A stretch of 63,725 nt of DNA, counting the filler, from Octopus bimaculoides (Eukaryota): the NCBI RefSeq assembly GCF_001194135.2. It is 4 parts of 4 records of this genome, joined end to end, with 100 filler letters (N's around TTAATTAATTAA, not from the genome) between each part and the next. Parts side by side here need not be neighbours in the genome. Positions count along the whole stretch, not along the records: positions 1 to 28,400 come from NC_068986.1; 3 more parts are not named here. One strand, written 5' to 3'. The notes under the pieces were generated by a model that had not been told where the DNA came from, made no database searches, and saw nothing but the letters and a program-made list of their open reading frames with translations. This document shows positions 1-12,705 of this stretch, piece after piece; positions within the stretch are counted from its first letter, which is position 1, and every line of letters begins with the position of its first letter. A program made the position numbers and the translations under genes.

Positions 1-83
1 CAGCTATATTTGGGCTCCATGCGATGTCTTTATTTCCGATGTTTTTGGATAAGTTTCGGAGCAGTGATTTATCGTACTCACAT

Positions 84-174
84 GTTAAACTTCCCCGGTG
101 TTATTTTCTGTTAAACTTCCCCGGTGTTATTTTTGTTAAACTTCCCCGGTGTTATTTTTGTTAAACTTCCCCGG

Positions 175-180
<6 letters not shown>
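84..180. repeat. Minisatellite, 4 copies of ~25-bp GTTAAACTTCCCCGGTGTTATTTT(C)T
   Basis: Units start at 84, 110, 135 and 160; the last runs directly into (ATT)n. Confidence 0.95.
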
Positions 181-222
<42 letters not shown>

Positions 223-240
223 CATTATTGTTATTATTAT
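176..240. repeat. (ATT)n microsatellite
   Basis: Read directly. Confidence 0.95.
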
Positions 241-936
241 CCTTGATACGTTTAAAAGAAAAATAAATTATTATACCAGTGTCATTTCAAATGTTTATTG
301 GAAAATCAATGTCAACATTTCATAGATTCACTGTCTTACAAAGCTGTGATCTTATTGAAAGATCAGTAATGGGAGCCCTAGCAGCGCAGGAAAATTGCAC
401 AGCTAAGCAGGATAGAGGAAGTACGCCTAATAGGAAATCGTAGACTAGAAACGGAATGTAGCTAGAGAAGTACACTCAACTTACATAATCAGGAAATATA
501 ATGTAATAAGTGAAGTAATATTAATACTTAAATTACCATCTCTGGAAATAAGATTCCAATGACGTGTTACTACGTTCGTACACATAAATAGATAGCTATT
601 TGCGTAGATTGATAACAAGATAGATAGACACATCGATTAGGGAGCGTGCTAGAAACGTAGAGAAAAAGAGAGAAAAACATAGAGGAAAGAGTATATTCTT
701 AGGTTATGTCGTGCATTAACCTGCCGAAGATCTGATCAGTTATCTGTGTAAATTCAATTAGGTTCATAAACGAGATGAAGATACAGACGTATAGTAATTC
801 TAGTTCTTTTAATCGTTAACTGCTTCCTGTGTTACATAATGAATGTTGGTTTTGAGGATAATGTGTTTTGTTATGTGAAATACATCAAAATTGATTTTGA
901 AAAATGCGTGATATCATAATTACCAGCCGATCTTAC

Positions 937-1032
937 CATTTCTATTTGGGGAAGCAATGACAGTGTGATTAAGATGCTTGCTTTGTAAGCATATGGTTTC
1001 GAGATTAACTTGTCTCCGCACTAGTATAGTAT
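937..1032 (-). CDS. Weak candidate 96-nt internal exon, cadherin-repeat-like peptide
   Basis: On the minus strand: cttgcag|...AATG|gtaaga, phase 1-1, open frame DTILVRRQVNLETICLQSKHLNHTVIASPNRNG. The acceptor lacks a good pyrimidine tract and no partner exons were found. Confidence 0.2.
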
Positions 1033-1079
1033 CTGCAAGAGTCTTCTTCCATAACCATGAAATTACATGGAAGCTTTTC

Positions 1080-1123
<44 letters not shown>

Positions 1124-1468
1124 NNNNNNNNNNNNNNNNNNNNNNNNNNNNNNNNNNNNNNNNNNNNNNNNNNNNNNNNNNNNNNNNNNNNNNNNNNNNN
1201 NNNNNNNNNNNNNNNNNNNNNNNNNNNNNNNNNNNNNNNNNNNNNNNNNNNNNNNNNNNNNNNNNNNNNNNNNNNNNNNNNNNNNNNNNNNNNNNNNNNN
1301 NNNNNNNNNNNNNNNNNNNNNNNNNNNNNNNNNNNNNNNNNNNNNNNNNNNNNNNNNNNNNNNNNNNNNNNNNNNNNNNNNNNNNNNNNNNNNNNNNNNN
1401 NNNNNNNNNNNNNNNNNNNNNNNNNNNNNNNNNNNNNNNNNNNNNNNNNNNNNNNNNNNNNNNNNNNN

Positions 1469-1930
1469 CATCATCATCTTCCTCCTCCTCATCATCATCA
1501 TTGCTTTTGCACAGCTTCTAACCCTGGAGATGTACTACGGTCAGCTGTTCACTACCAGTGGACTAAGGTAACACCTCTTATTTTTCAAGTAACTTCCGGA
1601 GTATTCCAGCGGTTCCAAGCAGTGCTGTTTTCTGCAAGTGCTCCACCCTTGTAACAGCCCCTATTTGTTCCACATCCTTCTCGAGATTTTTGCTCATCGT
1701 TCCCAGGGCTTCGACAGTTATTGGTACTACTACTACCTTTTTCATCGACTACAACTGCTTAACTCCCCAAGCTAACCTGTCATATATCTTCACTTTTCTT
1801 TCTTCCTTATCGCATACCTTGTTGTAAGAGCATGCTATATTTATGATCCAGCATAGTTTGTTTTCCTTCTCAATTAAGATTATGTCTGGCTTCCTATTCT
1901 CTATCTTATAGTCGCACTGGGAGCCATAAT
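1469..1930 (-). mobile_element. 3' end of RLE non-LTR retrotransposon (R4/Dong-like), degenerate
   Basis: Minus translation KPDIILIEKENKLCWIINIACSYNKVCDKEERKVKIYDRL...LQKTALLGTAGILRKLLEK* is a decayed PD-(D/E)xK endonuclease, followed by a short 3' UTR and a (TGA)/(GGA)n tail. Confidence 0.85.
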
Positions 1931-2392
1931 AAATTACAGTTTATTACTTGTGCACTATGGATCCACTACATCGGAGAATACATTTGCTCTAGCCTTGGTT
2001 CTATGTAATTCCACTGAGTAAAAATAAATAAACTCATAGTGTGTGGAATTCAGTTGAATTCCTTGTGACATTATGTTGGATGGAATGTACGAGTTCGTCG
2101 TAAATCGACTTAATCCATCACTAAATTTAACAGCGCAGACTTGGTATTCGGTTACTATTTGAACCCATTCTTTCGCATGCATAGGTCACTAATCTGAGGA
2201 TATCTCAAGAGCCGTGGTTTCTTTCTGTCTTTTTCTTTCCATTCACCTATCTGGCCATAAGTGTATGCCTTCAACCTATAAATGTCATGAAAAAGAATGT
2301 TAGAATTTTTATATCTATATTTTTTTGTTCCATTTATTCTCAAAATTAAGCAGAAATTAGTAGAATACGTATTAAACAGCATGGACATCTTA

Positions 2393-2900
2393 CATCATCA
2401 TAGCGTGCTTGGACACTTAGTTGGACATGAGCCCTCCACAGAGATCCAGTTCTTTTATATTTAATTGAGTTTCCATGTCATTCGTTTCGTCTTCAATTCT
2501 ATTTCTGCCGATTCTCGTCAGGCATTTCTTGGAAATCCTGATTCCTCTTCTCAAGCTTGCGTAAATCCATTTACTTTTCTAGAAAAATGGCTTGTCTACA
2601 TCTCATTACAAGTTGTTGTTTATTTCTTAGTTAATGGGTTCTGGCCACACTTGTCTTGGAATCTTTCATACCCGAAATTTCTGATTAAATTATGTTTTAG
2701 ATGCTTTGAGTGACCTGCTTGGGAATGTTAGAAGCTTTCTGGAGACATTTAGCTTTATTCCTCATGACTCTTCACCATGTAGCAAAACAGATTAGACGCA
2801 ATTATTGACAATTCTCGGACTAATACGTCTGGACAAATCCTTTGCGTTTCAGATAATGCTTGACTATGTGCTGTCCCCAGCAGAAGATGCATATTAAGGA
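2393..2900 (-). mobile_element. RTE-like LINE 3' remnant
   Basis: Minus frame SVLLHGEES*GIK resembles the RTE motif SVLLYGSESW; ends in a short (TGA)n tail at ~2393-2400; many stops. Confidence 0.55.
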
Positions 2901-4225
2901 AGAATTGAACGTTGGTATATATTACCATGAAGACACTAAAACAATGCGGTAATTAGCGTGGTGAATATTGATCAATGTCTAAAGAGAACTGGGTACATGC
3001 ATACAATTAAACCTAATACTGTCGCATCGAATTCATCGATTAGAAATATCGAAGAAAAGTTCCAACGTACCTAATTGAAACATAGATATACGAGTAATTA
3101 GGATTCTCTACTTGCCTCCGACTGTTGTGTGTATGTTTGCGCGCGCGCATATGACTGTGTGTGTATTGTGTGTTGCGTGTGCGTGTGTGTGTGTTGAAAT
3201 CATGTCACTGTGCGTATAAAGCTGTGTATATGATTGTGTATGATTATATACGACTGTATATGTATGTGAGCGTGCCAACCTGCCTCCTTTTCTGTGAGTG
3301 CCTGTCTGCACACACAAACAGTGACGTACACATATGCCCACCTCTTTCTCGATCACCCAGTGCCTACTTTTACTTACGTTGAACCTTCCAGATTGTGTAT
3401 ATGTCTTTGCATGGTATATGTATTTGTGTTTATGTGTATGTGTGTGCCTGTGTGCCTGTGTGTCTGTGTGTCTGTCAGAGTGTGTTATACGTAATCGTGT
3501 ATCTTTATGCTTGTCTCTATGTTTATATCTGTGTATATCTGTAAAGGTAACTGTTTCTTAGAATTACTGTAGTTTGCTAATCATTAGATATGTGTGTGCG
3601 CGACTGCACACGCGTCTATGTATACGTAGGTATGTGTATGTATATATGTGTGGTTTTATGTATGTATGTATGTATGTATGTATGTATGTGAATGTCTGCA
3701 TTTGGGCATATGTGTGAGAGAGTGTATGAATCTAGATATATGTCTGTATGGTTAGCTAGACAAATATATCGACTCTGTAGTCACATTTTAATTAAATGTA
3801 ACGACCAAAAACTTTTCAATTGAATTTTATTGAACAAATGATGTTTGCACTCCTGAAATTGGCTGACAACCAAGGTGTGACTTTTCTCTATGCATGTTTT
3901 CCTTTGTTTGTTGTACTTCATAAACTCAATAAGAAATCATTTCAAAAGCCGTTGAAATTTGCCTTCGAGGAATATTAGCAATTTATAAGAGTTCGCAATT
4001 GTGTTTCCTATAAACGTTGTCACTACAGCTGACAAGATACATATACATACTTATATACATACATAAATGCATACAGAAAGACAGACACACACTCATATTT
4101 ACACACACAAAAACGCATACACACACGCACACACACGTATACTTATATGTGTGTGCGTCTCTCTTTGTGTGTAGATATGCATGTATACAAATATATGTAC
4201 GGAATAATTTGCTGACATTACTGAA

Positions 4226-4277
<52 letters not shown>

Positions 4278-4368
4278 CATCATTCAACATATAAACAACT
4301 TATTCATTATCAACATGAATATATACTGATTTTAGTTAATGTCAAATATGAAGTATAATAATTATAAG

Positions 4369-4875
4369 AACCATTCAGTCCCATAAGAGCAACAATGCTT
4401 TATCCTCGAATCAACAGAAGATATTTATGAAATGTAAATATTTTATCTAGACAGCCTTTAAGTTATTCCTGCTGTACATTTGTGTTACAAATTAATGAAT
4501 AAATAATTGAAAACTGACCATCATGTTACTATAGTAACGTATACGTGACAGAGTTTGTAACTTTCGTGCACAGAGTTGAAGAGCGAATCGATATGGATAT
4601 TGCTGTCTCCGTTAAATTAAGATCTGGTTTCATTGTCGTTTCATTGGCTAAATAAAGATATCTTGAAGAAAATAATAACTATATAAATATGAATATTTAA
4701 CTCATTTTTCGTTCTCAACAAAATATTTTGACACTTTGATGGATATACAATTATAAATCAATTTTCTGACGTCATTAAAATTATGAGTTTCTATGTTGTA
4801 AGATAATAAATAGTATCAAACAATAACTGAACAAAGAAGAAAATGGTACGCTATCTTGTAGAACGAAATGGTTAA
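4369..4875. mobile_element. Putative ~500-bp MITE with imperfect TIRs (piggyBac-like?)
   Basis: AACCATTCAGTCCCATAAGA (4369-4388) vs reverse complement of 4854-4873, AACCATTTCGTTCTACAAGA: 15/20 identical. TTAA on the right flank only. Confidence 0.35.
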
Positions 4876-4974
4876 ATCGAAATTTTATAAATGAACTTTA
4901 ATTCCCAGCCCCATTATTCTTTATCTGTTTTCTTTAATGATTGTGTATACGATACAGTATTACGGAAGTACATG

Positions 4975-5007
<33 letters not shown>

Positions 5008-5092
5008 AATCATATAGTTATATATGTATATATATAAATACATAATCATACAATCACACCCACTTCGCTCGTGCAAAATTCTGTATAGACGT

Positions 5093-5887
5093 TTGGTGTT
5101 GGCAAATATATTTGTTCGTAGCTTTCCAAGGACATTTGAAGTGACAAGAACGATATACTTGTCGTAGTTTGTCGTCTTCTTTTCTAGCTGTATTCTACCT
5201 CTACATTTTTCTCTTTAAATTTGAATATATATTACTTGTTTTCAGCCATTTGATAATGGAGTGCCAATTAGGAAAATATTAGCATTTTGAACAGCTGCTT
5301 CTTTTCGCTTTCAGTTAAGAAGTTTCCAAGGCTGCCAAATCGGCTTGAGATATTTGTACAATGTACGGGAATACATTATTACTCCAAAAAATAAGTGGAA
5401 ATGGTTTCCACACTATAGGAGCGAATATTCAGCGTCACAAACATGTCTGCGCTCCGGACATTCTATTTAATTCAGTGAGAATCAATTGAATGATTCCATC
5501 CGTGCCAGTGTACTAAGGAATTTGGCCAGCAGATGAGGCGATCTCAGGATAACGCTGTCCGCTTCCTTCACTTCGTATGTAAGTTCTAAAATTTGGCCAA
5601 ACATTTCCAACATGAAAGCTTTCCCACCAAAACGCAAATTTGATCAAAAAATTCTATTCAAGAACTCGGTGGGAAAGTTCTTCAGATAATCACCTTTCTT
5701 GGTCGCTCTCAAACAGTCAGTCATCTACGACGTTGAGCTGAATACGTAGCTGTGATTGACAAGCTAGCAGAACAGTGCTAAGTCGGGAACAATGAATATT
5801 TATATGTAATTGGATGTCCTTTTTAAATGGTTTATGGAAAATACGTATTATAGTAAATGGAAAAACTGAATTTATCTGCCAACCGTA
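5093..5887 (+). mobile_element. Internally deleted mariner transposon
   Basis: From ATG 5256: MECQLGKY*HFEQLLLFAFS..SKAAKSA*DICTMYG (mariner N-terminal HTH), later KNSIQELGGKVL. TIR-like GTTGGCAAATATATT (5098-5112) vs AATTTATCTGCCAAC (5869-5883), right end at TA. Confidence 0.85.
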
Positions 5888-6446
5888 TATATATATATAT
5901 NNNNNNNNNNNNNNNNNNNNNNNNNNNNNNNNNNNNNNNNNNNNNNNNNNNNNNNNNNNNNNNNNNNNNNNNNNNNNNNNNNNNNNNNNNNNNNNNNNNN
6001 NNNNNNNNNNNNNNNNNNNNNNNNNNNNNNNNNNNNNNNNNNNNNNNNNNNNNNNNNNNNNNNNNNNNNNNNNNNNNNNNNNNNNNNNNNNNNNNNNNNN
6101 NNNNNNNNNNNNNNNNNNNNNNNNNNNNNNNNNNNNNNNNNNNNNNNNNNNNNNNNNNNNNNNNNNNNNNNNNNNNNNNNNNNNNNNNNNNNNNNNNNNN
6201 NNNNNNNNNNNNNNNNNNNNNNNNNNNNNNNNNNNNNNNNNNNNNNNNNNNNNNNNNNNNNNNNNNNNNNNNNNNNNNNNNNNNNNNNNNNNNNNNNNNN
6301 NNNNNNNNNNNNNNNNNNNNNNNNNNNNNNNNNNNNNNNNNNNNNNNNNNNNNNNNNNNNTATATATATATATAGCTCAAATTTACAGAAAGCAAAACAC
6401 GTAGACAGCTGAAAGAACAACAAGCGGATGTATTAGTTTAACGCTA

Positions 6447-6711
6447 GGGTGGTGAGCTGGCAGAATCGTTAGCACGCCGGGAAAAATGCTTAGCAGCATT
6501 TCGTTCTTTTTAATGTTCTGAGTTCAAATTTCGCTGTGGTCGACTTTGCCTTACGCCCCTGTCTCTGACATCAAAAACCCACGAGATCCACTTTTCCTTT
6601 CATCCTTTCGAGGTCGATAAAATAATTACCATTTGAAGACTGGGTTCGATGTAATCGACTAGTCCTCCATTACAAAATTACTGGCCTTGTGCCAAAATTT
6701 AAAAACAATAT
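6447..6711 (+). mobile_element. SINE group A copy with 38-bp internal insertion
   Basis: Head GGTGAGCTGGCAGAATCGTTAGCACGCCGG and B-box-like GAGTTCAAATT; homologous to more than 10 other copies in the window. Confidence 0.9.
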
Positions 6712-7197
6712 TGTCTCAGTGTCTACAGTATGCTACATCTACGAAATGATAACAGAGCAAACATTTGGTGGGAACTAAAGAGAAACTAAAGAATGAAGAA
6801 TCTTCCAATAATGAAGTTTCATGCTGATGACGCCTACTGAGACAAAATAACAAATCCATGTTAGTCCATTTATCTTACGAAAATGATACCATCCATTTCG
6901 TTAATGGCATGTGAGATTTGAAGAATATATAAATGAACATAACTATGTCAACGATTCCTTATGTTATTCCTGTCTTTTGTTTTCCTTTATTTCTCCTTCA
7001 TCTTACTTCAGACTGTATCCACGCCGTATGAGAATGCATAATTACTTGTCCGCGCATGAACTTTCTATTAGGTCATTGGATGATACTTATCTCTCGCTGA
7101 ATTTTGCGATTTCTTACTCATCCTATCAAGAAGACACACAAACACACACTCACACACACACACAAACATAGTTTGACGTGGACACTAGCTAGGTAGC

Positions 7198-7243
<46 letters not shown>

Positions 7244-8097
7244 TATGCATGCATGTATGGATGGATGGATAGAAGTATGTATGTATATATGTATGTATGT
7301 ATTTGAACCATTTGAATGAGTAAAATAGCTAAACTTATCGCTGCCGTGTAGCTTAGCACAGGTTCTAGCACATAAGTTATTAAATTGATTCCTCCACATT
7401 TCCCCTGAGAATCAATTAGTTTATATATTATGCTACATGTATCATGGAAAGCTATCAAGGGTACAAGTAATCTCTTTATCCATAACGTGAATATAAATTC
7501 TATATTAATGTTCATAGGTTCAAGCAGTTATAGCCTGCGATTCGCGTATGAATAAAGCATTTACTTTATTATTTAATCATTTATCGGATATCGAGGTCAG
7601 AATATCTACAGCGATGAACTACCATCGTATACATTGATATTTAAATATCTCTCTATAAACATCGCGCATCACACAAAAATATGCATGCAGGATCTATACC
7701 ATACTTCGACGATATGAGACGCTTACACCTATCATAAACTACAATATAGTTTATCCACATAATTTATATTTATTCATTTGTTGCTTACCAGACCCATTAT
7801 CATGGCCGTAAGAGAAGTGGGTGGGGGAAAACGAGAGGGATCGGGAGAATCTGCGTAATTTGTGGGAGACAATCACTTCATTTTTTTTTTTTTGAGATTT
7901 TAAGTCGGAAATCTTTTGTTTTCTCTCGGAGCAGGACATAAGAGAAAAACATCCATGTTTTAACATAAGAGACTTTTTTTTACTACGACAATATCCGTGG
8001 ATGGGTCTATTTCAGCTTTATTAAACCTCGTCATCGCAGATTAAGTCAAATTATATAAGTTCCTTTATATCTATTTGGCTTTCTACTTTAATTTATG

Positions 8098-8800
8098 TGA
8101 GATGGATGAAAACATATCTTACGATGGCACCTGTAACAGAACACGTGTCGTTAAAGAATATTACACCCGAATAAAGAAAATATGAACCTCAAAACCCTCT
8201 GCATTCAAAAAAACTGTGGCCCACAATGTGTTTGCAGTGTCAGTACTTACTTGACTGGACGCTTGATGAGATCCGAACCATTGATGTGAAAAGCCGGAGG
8301 ACACTACCCAGCAAACATATCCATACCAACAGTGACGTAGACAACCTCTACCCAAAACAGAAACATGGGGGTGGGGGCTAAACATCAGTTCAGACTGCCT
8401 GTGAATGTCGAATCATTTCGCTTCCGCAATATCTCTTAACCACCAAATATCGAAGTCCATCTCTAGAACAAATTTGCAGACATGTCACTGATAACATCAT
8501 GAAACTTGGAAAGGAGTTCCTTGAGCAGCATTACTTGTCTGATAACCTTAAATACATTCGCGAAGAAGTCACATGACTCTATCACAACGAATCATCAGAT
8601 GAAAGGATGAGCCTATATGAGCAGAAGACCATGCATAGACATGTTAACAGTAAGCTCCAGGATGATAGTAATATTGATCATCAGAGGAGTCTATCATGGA
8701 CCAGCAACCGGATTACTAACTTCCACTTTGAATGGTATTAATTTCAAATCCAGAAACAAGGAAGATCAACAAAATACCTGATGCAAAAATAGGCACAGAT
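8098..8800 (+). mobile_element. RLE LINE internal fragment (RT thumb region), degenerate
   Basis: DENISYDGTCNRTRVVKEYYTRIKKI and HTNSDVDNLYPKQKHGGGG, matching the HPxSDVDRLYLPRxxGGRGL motif that is intact at ~33960. Confidence 0.75.
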
Positions 8801-9759
8801 GCGGGAAAATGCAGTTAAATAGGAAGCTGTTGTCCGATAGTGTCATCGCCTTATTATCTACCGATGAGACATGCTGTTATAGGTAGGACAATGTATAATG
8901 AGATCCGTCAGAGTTCAAGTTGATCGACTAAACCCATGAAGATGGTGTCCTAACGGACCGCAGTACACTAATTAGAATAAGTAAGAGAGTAACAGCATAA
9001 AAGAATTATGGATAGCTTCAATAAATCTCATTTGAAATCGGTACTTGAATAGTTTAAAATCTCTTACACTCAACATTCTGTGAAAAAAACGATGGCAAAG
9101 TTAACATATGGAATATCGTTATTCACTTACATTAATTTCTTTTATATAGTATCCAAATTGTAGATATCATTGTTATTTTGATTTCTACTATGGGCCAACG
9201 GTTCATTAATGATTCTATAAAATTGCTCTGAATTGTTTCTAGGTGAAGTCTCTTAAGCATTTATAACGTCTGCATTCTTGTTAGTATGCACTTAACATGT
9301 CTTTCCTTAAATTCTTGTACGTCATTTGTTTTATTATGCTCAAACTTGAATTGTCGTTATGGGTTTTCCTTTATGTATACGAAATACCAAATTCTGTCAT
9401 ATAGTTATATTGTTAATACTTGTATTATACAACGTAGTAGTTTTACTTAGAATATCTCAGAATATAGGTAAATGCGCATGGTCTATATTTCCACAAAAGA
9501 AAACATAAAAACGAAATGGCTTTGAAACTAAGTCTTTGTAACAGACGATAGGTATTAGGAATACGAACTGAATGTGAGAATATGAAGTTAATAAGAAAGG
9601 TTTCTAGGTCATTAGTATAATACTGGATCAGATGAAAAGAATTAAAAGGTACTATTATTATTCGTACTCCTATTGAAAATGATTTCTTTCGAAGCATTTT
9701 CGGGGACATCATTGTATTAAAGTCTCAGAATTAATTTATATACAGGCTTATCTGTCTCT

Positions 9760-9934
9760 AATGTTTTATTTGTTTCATTCATTGGACTGCGGCCATGCGG
9801 CACAGATAAGTAGCGGGAACCGAGACAAACCAACATCGGCTGTCAAACTGTAATGCTGGACACACATAAGAAAAAGATTGGCAAATAGAAACATAGACAC
9901 ACAAAAAGACCGCCCCCATATACATACATACATT

Positions 9935-9978
<44 letters not shown>

Positions 9979-10078
9979 TATATATATATGTATGTGTATA
10001 NNNNNNNNNNNNNNNNNNNNNNNNNNNNNNNNNNNNNNNNNNNNNNNNNNNNNNNNNNNNNNNNNNNNNNNNNNNNNA

Positions 10079-10114
<36 letters not shown>

Positions 10115-10146
10115 TGTCTACATACATACATACATACATACATACA

Positions 10147-10177
<31 letters not shown>

Positions 10178-10325
10178 GACAGTCCACCTCCAGACTTCGT
10201 ATTTTAGCCGGCCCGGATCTTTAGTGGAAATCCCTTGACTAAAGTGCCGTGCAGGGGGGAGGGGACTGAACCTAGGAGCATGTAGCTGGCAAACCAGCTT
10301 CTGAGCCACACATCTACACCTGTGT
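9760..10325 (-). mobile_element. SINE group B copy with internal (CA)/(TACA)n and gap
   Basis: Both ends are reverse-complement homologues of the full copy at 33416-33830. Confidence 0.75.
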
Positions 10326-10894
10326 CTATGAGAAGAACACAGTAGCTCAGCTAAATATGAGAGTATGAGTAAATGAAAGCCTGACTATGAAAATCTGAAA
10401 TTAGTTTCAATTACATCGTGCACTTACATCAAATACACCGTGCACTTACATATACAATCTAGAGACAGTGACTTTCAATGACAATTCAGTTAAAATTTTA
10501 TAGATAATCCTTTGAAAACGATTCCGGAGACGCGAACTAATCAAGTATTATACCACTTAAGAAATATTTATGTACTCTTGAATCAAATATGCTTCAGGAA
10601 ATCGCAAGTGAGTTGTTTGAAAAATAAGGTTTTCCTTCGAACCTGGAGCGAAAGATATCTCACTGATGTGAAAGAAATTGCAATAAGTTATTGACACAGA
10701 AGCATAAGTAATTTGGGAAATACGCCTGAAGACATACTAATGGATTATTCGAAGAATTGGAGTTTAATATGAAAATGAACAGTTCAGAGTTAACGAGATA
10801 TTATAAACGTTGACCCAATGTTCAGCATTGCGGATCAAACAGCATAAAAGCACACACGCATAAAATTATATATACACCCACAGATAAAATATGC

Positions 10895-10939
<45 letters not shown>

Positions 10940-10943
<4 letters not shown>

Positions 10944-11340
10944 ACATCTGCCCAAGACAACAGAATCCACTTCACTGTTAGTACGTTTTAATGTAACAAA
11001 GTTATATACGAACATTCCACATAATTTGAGAATTACTGCCATAAAATATTGGGTTGAGAAACATAGAGAAGTGATCCCCAGTAGATTTACTGTAACCTTT
11101 ATACTAGACGCGGTCATCCTCATCCTCGAAAACAATATATTCCCTTTCAACGGAAGAAAAACTAACACCAAATTCAAGGCACAGCTATGGGGACGCGATT
11201 TGATGCAGTTTCGCGAACTCAATTTTGGGATATTTAGAGCAAAACGTGTGTGTGTGTGTGGTGAAGTCCTACGCAATACAAACTTCTCAATAAATTTTAC
11301 CTCATGTATAGGCACGCAATCAATAAATATTGGATTGTTT
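10940..11340 (+). mobile_element. Penelope-like element reverse transcriptase fragment
   Basis: SLLVRFNVTKLYTNIPHNLRITAIKYWVEKH...ILILENNIFPFNG, then frameshifted HQIQGTAMGTRF, matching PLE RT motifs (FDVxxLYTNIP, QxxGTAMG). Confidence 0.9.
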
Positions 11341-12144
11341 TTGATAAAAGTGCATTTAAGAAAAGACGTATTTTAACAGTTGCACCCAGACATGTAACCA
11401 CTCTCTTTTAAGAATTGAGGTTTCTAATTGTGAAACAAAATGTATTCTATTCCTGCTCGTTTTGAATTTGAACGACCATTTATTTGTCAATTATTTAATC
11501 TGAATATAATAAGTGGTGCCAGCCGTACCTGAAGTATGTGTCAGACATATTAATTAGCAATTAGATACTAATTGAGAAACGATTTGTTAGTGCATATTAT
11601 CAAATATTCCATCAGTATACTTGGACATAATCCATTTATTGAATATAGTTAATTGATCATCAATCTTTGAATGCATGTTCCTTATGCATATTTCTGACAG
11701 CAACCTCATATTCTATAAAATAATGTATACATTAGGTTGCTAGTGAAAGATTAGTGACATTTAAATAATCATCAAATGATCTTCACATTTATAGAATTGC
11801 AGCACGTTCAATAAATGAAGGAATAACTAAACCCGTTTGATATCTGCTGCATTGTTTGAAAATTTACGTCTCGTCTGTAAGTGTTGCTTTATGCTAACAT
11901 GAACCAGTTAAGCAAGTGATGGATGGTAGATCAATGAGAGTAATTCAGATTCAAAAAACTTAAAACAGTGGCTTTATGTAAAGATATTTAGTGTTATGTG
12001 TCACTTTCGTTAGACTGAAGACTGAAACAAGACTGAGTATGTGAATTCAACAGTATTTTCTAAAAGGAAACGCGTTTCAATAGCAGAGTGATATCCGTGG
12101 AATAATCCACATGCAATAATTACAAGTTTTAAATATGAAATATC

Positions 12145-12303
12145 TCTGTTATCGGTTATGATGATGAGTGTTCCAGTTAATCCGATCAATAAAACAGCCG
12201 GCTCGTGAAATTTTAGAGCAACTGGCTGAGCTCTCCACATACATGCGTGCCGGGAAGAGAACTCCTGACGTTACAATTGTCTAACCACTAAAACACGCGG
12301 CTT
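12145..12303 (-). mobile_element. Internally deleted tRNA-derived SINE (group C)
   Basis: Minus strand head TTAGTGGTTAG joined to tail GTGGAGAGCTCAGCCAGTTGC...TTTCACGAGCCGGCTGTT, homologous to 13700-13790. Confidence 0.7.
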
Positions 12304-12569
12304 CATACACACACATATGCATACATATATATGTGTATGTGTGTGTGTGTTTGTTTGTGTGTGTGCATGTGTGTGTATCTATATCTATCTATCTATCTAT
12401 CTATCTATATACATATATCTGTATCTATCATTCTCTCTCTTTATCTCCCTCTTTCTATCTCACTCTCTCCCTCTCTCTATCTCCCTCTCTCTCTCCCCCT
12501 TTCTCTCTCTCTATATATATTAACATATATGTGTATGTGTGTTTTAATCACATTAGCTTGGCCTGGTCA

Positions 12570-12705
12570 AAACATTAGACACTTCCACTATTGCGGGAAT
12601 TCAAAACTTCTTTTGAGGAGGGAGAACGGAATTATACCTCACATACCAGTACCACTAGCTCTGACCTGGCCTTGGACAGTACTACCTGTCAAGGATCCCA
12701 GTTAT
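12570..12705 (+). mobile_element. Possible mariner C-terminal remnant
   Basis: Frameshifted resemblance to the HPPYSPDLAPSDYYLF motif (CTCTGACCTGGCCTT...ACTACCTGT). Confidence 0.35.

Noticed and set aside
84-180. CRISPR-like array
   Set aside because: Units are contiguous with no unique spacers, in eukaryotic DNA.
6820-6850. CTGATGA as a second hammerhead core
   Set aside because: No helix II closure, no GAAA and no cleavage triplet with a helix I partner.
7011-7130. Plus-strand exon after a strong pyrimidine tract (CTTACTTCAG)
   Set aside because: No convincing donor and no recognisable peptide.
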